Program-made: the position numbers and the translations under genes | DNA from: Sporopachydermia quercuum | Taxonomy: Eukaryota | Direction of reading: 5' to 3' | Length of the DNA stretch: 64,000 bases | NCBI GenBank assembly: GCA_001599295.1 | Contig: BCGN01000005.1 | Location: forward strand, 1,302,001-1,366,000 | Notes under the pieces: generated by a model | Told to the model about the DNA's origin: nothing | What the model saw: the letters and a program-made list of their open reading frames with translations, nothing else | Databases searched by the model: none | Shown: in pieces, positions 56,373 to 64,000 of the stretch | Layout: the number at the start of each line of letters is the position of its first letter | How positions within the stretch are numbered: position 1 is the first letter of the stretch

Positions 56373-57755
56373 TGTATATTTGTCGAGCCTATGTCCCTAT
56401 TTTTTCCCTCCTCCTTTCGTTTTACAATCTACTATTATCTTTTCAACTTATAAATATGTTTGTTCCAATATCACTGAACAAATATTGCGCCAATGCCAAA
56501 AACGAATGTATAAGATAAAGTAGAAATATTTTCTATTCTCTTCTTTCTGTCCAAATTATCAACAATGAAACCAAAAAGACCCTTTCTTCCCTAATCCTAC
56601 TAATCAACAAACACTTATCAAATATTGTTTGTCAAGTCTGTCAACTGCACATCAAACACGTAACACTCCTAATCAAAATGCTTTGAACCTATTAACAAAA
56701 TTTTATTCTCGATACCTTCCTTTCTCTGCCAATTTATTTCAATCACCAGATTCACCACCAATAATTATCCCAATATATTCTTCTACCTAATCAAATGAAA
56801 TCCTGTTGTTGATCTTCTTTAACCATAAGAGAAAGAGCTCAATCATCACATAATTCACACAGCCATCTTCTTTTTTTTTTTCCGTTAAGATTACAGAATA
56901 TGTGTAATTTTTCCCATAATGAAGAACATTCCGATGCACAAACACACGAATTCTAGATTAATATTTAAAGTTGCGCATACCAAAAAATATTCGCACTAAT
57001 AAGTGAAATTCAAACTAAAATGTTAAGCCAGCTGCCTAATTCAGCGAACTCAAGATAATGTGATGTTTAACTATTTAGGCAATTCCATGGGGTTGTTCGA
57101 GAGATCAAAAGGAATAGAGAGTAATTGGTAACTGTTTCATTGGGTCTATAGAAGATCCATTGATGATGAGATATGTAAAGAATACTAACGATTTATTATG
57201 GAATTAATATATATAAGATCATAGTTTACATTTGGAGACCCCAATTGGTTACTATTGTTTATTTTCATGAAAGTGTGAAGTAAACATTTCGAAAGTAAAT
57301 GGTTTGAAAGTATATATTGGTAGTTAGGACGGAAGGATATCCTATAGACAGAACAACGAAAAGCTCTTCGAATTGGCCTTTTGGTCTTGATAGCAGGAAT
57401 GAGTGAAAGAGCCAATAGATACAGGCAAGGTTAATTGAGTTAGCTCGAAGGCTAAACTCAAACAATAGCTCTGCTTCAATGTGGACCATTTCATGAAGAA
57501 AAAATGAAATTATGTTTAGGGCATTTGTGTTGAATATAATTTGATAGTTGATATTTGTTGGCAGAGAATTGAATATTGCTTGGTTATCAGACAACAGTAG
57601 GTCTTATTGATTATATACAAGCTCAATTTCTCGGACACTGTGGTAATTTTGAGTGCAAAGAGTACTCTTAAATCTCATGTTCCATATTAAAGTTGTGCCT
57701 ATCCAAAGCTGCAATTAAAGTATATAATACATCATCAAATAAGTCTGTCAAATGA

Positions 57756-59900
57756 TCATAAGAAACCTTGTTGTGACATTTGTTTCTTTTGCTCCTTCTC
57801 CTTTTTAATCAGCTTCTCGATCTTCTTATTACCTGGACCTTTACCATGGAATTGGTGTGATAAGTGCTTGAACGCATCTTTAGTTCCTAGAACATTTCCA
57901 CGATCATCGCGATACTCAATCTTGATATCAGGGGTATAACTTTTAAACTTCTCATTAGCTCTTCTGATTAGCTCTCGATCTTCTTCGCTTAAATTAGCTG
58001 TCTTGTTCCTTCTAGCAAATCTACTCGATGGATCACTGTTTGTCCTTCCATCAGACGATTTAGCAGGTTCTGAATTCCTATAGCCAGTAACGTCAATACT
58101 GTTACCTTTGCCATTGTCATTACCATTGCTAGTATTATTATTGCCCAAGTTCTCTAAATAAGTCCGACGTTCCCATTCCCTTTGCTGTTTTCTAAATATT
58201 ACTTTCTCTTCATTTGCATCTTCTACAATACCACGTGAACGCAATAGGTTCAATGTGGCACCTAATCCTTGTTGAATATCCTGTTTTTCATCAAGTATTT
58301 GATCTTCATCGCCTTCAGAGTCTGATGTACCATTTTCCTGTTTCACTGTGCTATTTTCTATATTTAAGTCTCGTTCTGGTTTTATATCACCATCGCCATG
58401 CTCTTCACCATTATTAACATTACCCAATTCTCCTTCTTGTTCTGTTTTTTTTATTGCATTATCAGCCTCATCATCAAATTCCATTTTCACCTTTAAAGGC
58501 TCCTCTTCTTTCACATTTACGTTCCCTATACCTTCATCTAAAATGTCACCTTCGTCCTGCGCATCCTCAGTTTTCACAACCTCATTACTTGCTATATTCT
58601 TACCGAAGGAACTTAGAAATTCCTCAGCTCCTCCTATAGCTAGATTTTCTTCTAATTCAACATTCTGTTGAATGTTTCCGTTTCTCTTAAGTCTTTCTAA
58701 CCCATTATCATCATTAGCAACATCAGTTTCTCCATTACTATTGATCTTCCGTTGTTTCAGTTTCTTACGTCTCTCAATGGATAGAATCCTCTGTAATTCC
58801 TCTTCTTCATTAAATACTTCTTTTTCTTCATTCACTAACTCAACTTTTCCCATTTCCACATCTCCATCTTTATCTTCCTCTAAAACTGGTAGTTTTCTCC
58901 TTTTGTTCTTGCCTTTCTTATCTCCTATCAATTTCCTTGTCTTAATGGTCTTAGTTTTGACTTCTTTATAATCAGTATTATCAAAATACTTTTGACCAGT
59001 TGCATCATGGAAATCAACTGTATCCATGAAAGATCCATCAAAATCCAATGAGATTTTGTTCTTGTTTCTCTTCCGTTCTATCTTTGTAGTTTCATCATCT
59101 TTATAAGCAGACCCAATGCTTTCTGAACCATTGAGTAGAAAGAAATTAGCATCACTTTCTTCATTTTCTTCAATTTTATCACCTATTCTAAATCCTTGGT
59201 TATTGCTTATGTCCTCTTCCAAATTTTTGCCTTTCGTTCTTGCTCTGCGTTGTTCGAGTCCTATTTTGCTTTGAATAGCTTCGGACACCAATTCGTCTTC
59301 TTCATACCCTTCCAGCATTTCTTTATCTTTCAGCGTCAAGATAACGTCTTCTCCATTGTTGCTTAGAATATCTGATATTTTATGACCTACCTTGATGCCT
59401 GCTAAATCTTCCTCTGTGTAAGAAATGGCAGCTCCTACTTTCTTGCTCTTCAATTTAGTCTTTTCCTTTGCATCTTTCTTTGCATTCTTGCCAAGATTAT
59501 CTAGCCAAGACGTTGAAGATTCCTCTAGGTGTTCCTCCAGTTCATCGACCACACTTTTGCCTTCTGCCAATCTCCTTAATTTTGCCTTCTCTTTTGCCTT
59601 TTCAATACTCTTCCTGAGCCGGTTACTTTCTGTTGTAGCAGTTAGTGTCTTCTCATGTGCTTTCCAATTTAGTTCCGCAATATCTTCCCTTGGTTCTTCA
59701 ACAGGTATTGGCTTCAAACCAAGAGATATTCTTATTCTATTGGTTTCCTCAATACCCAGTTCATCTTTTGTCCCTTGACTGTCGCCTTTATGTAATTGTG
59801 TGGAGGATTGATCCTGCCTTGCGATAGGGATAGGCTTGAGACCTAAGTTCTTTCTGAGGCTATTAGTTTCCTCAATGCTAAGAGAATTCTCCTCCGACAT
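57756..59900 (-). CDS. SNU66: U4/U6.U5 tri-snRNP protein Snu66/SART1
   Basis: Two HIND motifs (LSIEETNSLRKNLGLKPI, LGIEETNRIRISLGLKPI), LAGIKVGH, VILTLKD, and C-terminal YTPDIKIEYRDD...KDAFKHLSHQFHGKGPG. Confidence 0.93.
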   Translation of the reverse strand: MSEENSLSIEETNSLRKNLGLKPIPIARQDQSSTQLHKGDSQGTKDELGIEETNRIRISLGLKPIPVEEPREDIAELNWKAHEKTLTATTESNRLRKSIEKAKEKAKLRRLAEGKSVVDELEEHLEESSTSWLDNLGKNAKKDAKEKTKLKSKKVGAAISYTEEDLAGIKVGHKISDILSNNGEDVILTLKDKEMLEGYEEDELVSEAIQSKIGLEQRRARTKGKNLEEDISNNQGFRIGDKIEENEESDANFFLLNGSESIGSAYKDDETTKIERKRNKNKISLDFDGSFMDTVDFHDATGQKYFDNTDYKEVKTKTIKTRKLIGDKKGKNKRRKLPVLEEDKDGDVEMGKVELVNEEKEVFNEEEELQRILSIERRKKLKQRKINSNGETDVANDDNGLERLKRNGNIQQNVELEENLAIGGAEEFLSSFGKNIASNEVVKTEDAQDEGDILDEGIGNVNVKEEEPLKVKMEFDDEADNAIKKTEQEGELGNVNNGEEHGDGDIKPERDLNIENSTVKQENGTSDSEGDEDQILDEKQDIQQGLGATLNLLRSRGIVEDANEEKVIFRKQQREWERRTYLENLGNNNTSNGNDNGKGNSIDVTGYRNSEPAKSSDGRTNSDPSSRFARRNKTANLSEEDRELIRRANEKFKSYTPDIKIEYRDDRGNVLGTKDAFKHLSHQFHGKGPGNKKIEKLIKKEKEQKKQMSQQGFL

Positions 59901-61614
59901 ACTGTATACTATAATGAGTGGTATATATAAATGTGATTTCAGCTTTTAACATCAATATTCTAAGTAATAGCTTCAAATAAGCATCGTAAAATTAAGGAGA
60001 TAAGTAAATATAATAACAGTATTTGTGTATTGAAATGATAAATATCGGAGAATATTGCCATTGACTACATCATGCTTTCCGTAATGTTCTATATCGGAGA
60101 TAATATAAATAAAGTTTCATAAGCTGAAACCTTTAATGAAGCCATAAAGTCACAAGATAAAGGAACCATTAAAGGCTAATAGGAAGAGAAGAAAACCGTG
60201 AAACAATGAATTAAATAGCGGCAAAAGTTTCAGAGAAATGGACTTACAAACAGAAATAGGGGTTAGAATGCTCGATTGACTCTCAATGAATATTCCATGA
60301 TAACAATGGAGAACATGAGAAAGGAAATCTCAATTAAGTTGGGTGGTTCATGCAAGATACATGTACATATTATCTATCTTCTCTAGTACAATTCTATTGC
60401 TTGGTCCAGTACATAGAACATTTATAGGCAAGCAAATCAACTTTCAATTGCCACTAAATATATTCCCTCTACACTTAATATGGTACAATCGAATGAAGCT
60501 TGGAAATCCTCTAGGACACTTTAATGTATTCTTACTTCTCATAGACCTCTTCCTACTACTTCTCCCATCATTTACTCCCTACCTCCTTATAACACTTCAT
60601 GTAGACTTTGTAGATTCGTGCATACCATACCTTTTAACATGTACATGTTCGGGTAACGAAAAAATTTTACTACCTTAAAGTTCAAACCTTATTAAGCAGA
60701 ATGGAAAAAGTTTATTTGTTAGCAAATTTATCCCTCATATGGCATTTCTGTCGTACTCTCAAGTGCCATCAAATGATAGCTCCTTACCTTTCACAATCCT
60801 CTGACGATGCAAGCCATTATCATCATCATCATCATCTTAACCAGTAATAGAAGCTCTTAAATCTCGTTAAAAAACTCCGCAAAATAGCTTGAACCATTAA
60901 GCGTGGGAAATAAAGATTAGAATTTGAAGAACCATCTCCATGCAATCATAGAATGGTGATATGGTGCTCTCACTTGAATAGAATAGAAGTATCAAGTAAA
61001 ACTCATAGAATATAAGGAAAAGGATTGATTGTTCGTACTCCAGAAGCAAGATCAAAATTGTCCTGATTTTCTTTGAATCATCTGAATCATCTCGCTTGTC
61101 CTATTTTAACAAAGACTTAAGTAGATCGATCCAATAACAGTGCGCTGCCTATCTTTAATTTACTTTTACTACCAAGTGCTTATTGCTTATAGTGTATTGT
61201 TTCCAGCATATATTGTCTATTGAGTAACAGACGATATACTTTCTCAAACTGATCTCTTCCACGATCTTCATCAACTGAAGTATCTGGCTAGTTTGAAATT
61301 TATTTCAAAAGAAGTATTGGTATTCCCCTGTAAAGAAAGAACAAAACTTTCTTCTGTCTCATTATTACACAATATATAACCGACCGATTGAGTTTATCTA
61401 CACATTATGAGGTATTTAACAATTGTGTGATAATAAATCATATAGTGAAGTCTAATGAAGTGCAGTGAAACTCATAGCAAAGCAAGAAGTATTCTGAGTA
61501 GTAGCAAGCGCTTACCTATATCAATTTCAAATATTCTCATCCTAATTGCTATTGAATATGATATCCTTACAACCACCATTTACCGCTACAATTCAAAATT
61601 TAGGATCTGAAAGG

Positions 61615-64000
61615 ATGTCTAGTTTGAAAAGAAGCCATTCGCAAATGAATGGTCATAATTTGACCCCGAATCAGGGCTCCAAACTGAAAAAGAATCGAGT
61701 ATCATTTGACTTACCTGATGAAATTGGTAACAGTGATAATAATGATGAAGACACTANTAACCGTTATAACCGAAATTCTACCAAACAGAAACCTCTGTCA
61801 TCCAATGGATCCAACAATGGTCGAAAGAAACTGAAACGCCAAAATGCAGAATCTTTACCTGATAATGCCGATTTTGACGTGCAAATGTGCAAAACGTTTG
61901 TTAACAATATGTTGGAAACTGTACAAACAGGTGAAAATTCAGCAGCAATCATGAAGTTGACATCGCAGTTAAGCCTTCCAACTAACTCTCCTGCCAGCCT
62001 ATCCAATACTACTTTGACATATATCTTCCATGCATTGAGCTCTAATATTTCAAGATTGGATAACCCATCTATCATCAAGTACTCTGCTCCATTAATTCTA
62101 GCAGCCATAAGAATCCCTTCGTGGTCTAATCGCTCTCCTGCGTTTTCTGCCGGATATGTTTCTTTTGTAAGTGTCTTAACATCAAGCGTTCCCAAATGGT
62201 GGCCTGAAGTTGCCAATCATATCATTGCCGAGTTTTCACATTTACCAGTCAGGAGAACATTCAATCATCATGAAATTCTAAGATTTATCATAAAAAACAT
62301 ACCCACAGCTGTTTCTGAACTAGTGAACACAGTAATAAGAAACCATTTCCCTCATATCAATAGTGCAGCAAAGGAATTAGTATGCTATGTGGAAAATCTA
62401 CTAGCTTTTCTAGAATATGCTGGTGAAATCGGAGGATACAATTCTGTCTGGGGACTGATAATAGAAAGATGTATTGCTCTTGATGTTGAGCTTCAGAATG
62501 AGCTGGATGAACTAGATGATGAAGAATTGGATACTGATCTTGACATTGAAATGGGAAATGGCAGTTATAGTGGTAATGATGAGATTGATAGTGATGATGA
62601 TAGTGATGATAGTGATGATAGTGATAGCAGCAGTGAAGATGAAAGTGAAGATGAAAGTGAAACTGACCCTGAAGATGAAGATGAAATGAATAGAAGTAAG
62701 TTGCTGAACGTGAACACCAAAGCAAATGAATTTTCCAATAGAATAGCAAATAAAACACAGAGTGCAATAGATTTTGACGAAAAGAATGAACAGAATGAAA
62801 CAGAGAATGATAGAAACAATGACACTGACGACGATGATGACGAAGACGAAGAAGCTGATGATGATGAAGAGTTTCAAGATGAAGAAGAAATATATCTTAG
62901 TAATTCTGTAGCAGATGTGAAGATTTTATCTGAAAAGCTCGATTCTTTAATATTAACACTGTTGAAGTATCTAGATACCAAATTTTCAGATTCACCTGAT
63001 TCTGAATTGTCAGTTACGTTATTCCAATCGTTGCTGTCAATATTCAGTTCCCATATTTTACCTACACATTATACAAGAGCCACACAATACTTAATATTCA
63101 AAATCAGTCAAGCAAAACCTATGTTGATGGATACGTTTCTTGTATCTTTGATTGATGTTGCATTCAGTCCTTCTCAAGCGTTCAACAAGAGAATCAAAGC
63201 CATGCAGTATATTTCCAGTTATATTGCCAGAGCCAAGAAGCTGGACAAAGACCAGATCGTGTTCGTCGTTGAATATTTGGTTAAATGGATGGATAGATAT
63301 ATTACGGAAAGAGAAGGGGAAGTGAATGAAATTCTCCTATTCAATGTACAGAATGCAAACTCTCGCGGTATGGAAAAGTTCAAGATGCTTTATGCTACTT
63401 TCCAGACATTAATGTATATCTTTTGTTTCAGACATGGTATATTAAAACGCGATGAAAACAATGATTCTATGAAAGATTCCAGTGTCTTATTACTTGAAGA
63501 TAAGCAAAGCAAAGGCAGCAATAAGTCCGAATGGTTGGCTAATCTTGATACATTTTTCCAAAGAAGTATTCTTACTAAATTCAATCCTTTGAAATATTGT
63601 AATGAGAATGTTGTTCTGATATTTGCTAAGATAGCTCAGGCAGAAAATCTTGCCTATTGTTTCAGTATTATTGAAAAGAACAAGCGAGAAAGGTTAATGG
63701 GAGCATTGAGTCAGAATCCAATTGGAAGTTCTGGGAATGGTAGTTCTAATGGTTCAAAGGCTGATATTAAGAATATTGGAATGCTGGCTAAGAAGTCTCA
63801 AGCTTCTGATAATGATGTTAGTATTTCAACTGTTGGAACCAATACTGGATCCTATATGTTCTCTCAAAGACAAGAGTTTATTGACATTGAAGCATATTTC
63901 CCTTTTGATCCTTTATACTTGCGTGATTGTAAGAAGTTGATCGATGACTATTACATTGAATGGAGTGATGTTGAAGGCGACATGTCTTCGGATGATGATT
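61615..64000 (+). CDS. RRN3: RNA polymerase I initiation factor Rrn3 (3' end beyond the window)
   Basis: Not in the ORF track; read by hand from the ATG at 61615 (MSSLKRSHSQ). Motifs VWGLIIERCIALDVELQNELD, a long acidic loop, KLDSL, SHILPTHYTRATQYLIF, YISSYIARAK, MYIFCFRH, KFNPLKYCNENVV, EAYFPFDPL. Confidence 0.9.
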   Translation, partial: MSSLKRSHSQMNGHNLTPNQGSKLKKNRVSFDLPDEIGNSDNNDEDTXNRYNRNSTKQKPLSSNGSNNGRKKLKRQNAESLPDNADFDVQMCKTFVNNMLETVQTGENSAAIMKLTSQLSLPTNSPASLSNTTLTYIFHALSSNISRLDNPSIIKYSAPLILAAIRIPSWSNRSPAFSAGYVSFVSVLTSSVPKWWPEVANHIIAEFSHLPVRRTFNHHEILRFIIKNIPTAVSELVNTVIRNHFPHINSAAKELVCYVENLLAFLEYAGEIGGYNSVWGLIIERCIALDVELQNELDELDDEELDTDLDIEMGNGSYSGNDEIDSDDDSDDSDDSDSSSEDESEDESETDPEDEDEMNRSKLLNVNTKANEFSNRIANKTQSAIDFDEKNEQNETENDRNNDTDDDDDEDEEADDDEEFQDEEEIYLSNSVADVKILSEKLDSLILTLLKYLDTKFSDSPDSELSVTLFQSLLSIFSSHILPTHYTRATQYLIFKISQAKPMLMDTFLVSLIDVAFSPSQAFNKRIKAMQYISSYIARAKKLDKDQIVFVVEYLVKWMDRYITEREGEVNEILLFNVQNANSRGMEKFKMLYATFQTLMYIFCFRHGILKRDENNDSMKDSSVLLLEDKQSKGSNKSEWLANLDTFFQRSILTKFNPLKYCNENVVLIFAKIAQAENLAYCFSIIEKNKRERLMGALSQNPIGSSGNGSSNGSKADIKNIGMLAKKSQASDNDVSISTVGTNTGSYMFSQRQEFIDIEAYFPFDPLYLRDCKKLIDDYYIEWSDVEGDMSSDDD

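Noticed and set aside
61764..63940. Several short ORFs, including a His-rich minus-strand one
   Set aside because: Antisense or alternative-frame shadows of the RRN3 coding region and its acidic repeats.
8402..64000. Paired functions in one window (RRN5/RRN3 and CWC15/SNU66)
   Set aside because: The pairs are 40-50 kb apart with many unrelated genes between them, which is compatible with chance.

Overview
AT-rich nuclear DNA from an ascomycete budding yeast. It appears to use the standard genetic code (CTG at conserved Leu positions), has short spliceosomal introns with TACTAAC-type branch points, and encodes a delta-12 desaturase; an early-diverging Saccharomycotina lineage is inferred but not proven. 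About 19 protein genes are present: CAT8-like Zn2Cys6 factor (cut by the window start), mitochondrial PPR protein, RRN5, SLS1, CWC15, NBP2, ACL4, GIR2, CPR1, an orphan zinc-ribbon ORF, ARC18, a ROM2-type RhoGEF, a fatty-acid elongase, an STP3/4-type C2H2 factor, FAD2, YHM2, SLY41, SNU66 and RRN3 (cut by the window end). Five genes need intron-aware models that the ORF track misses. I found no tRNA, rRNA, transposon or CRISPR, and no clearly novel system. The best leads are a cluster of splice signals with a possible hidden spliced gene at about 41 kb, candidate 5'-UTR introns, an elongase-FAD2-YHM2 lipid neighbourhood, a greatly expanded Rrn5, an orphan ORF, and shared Puf3/RRPE/Mig1 motifs. 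Scattered single Ns look like masked heterozygous SNPs.
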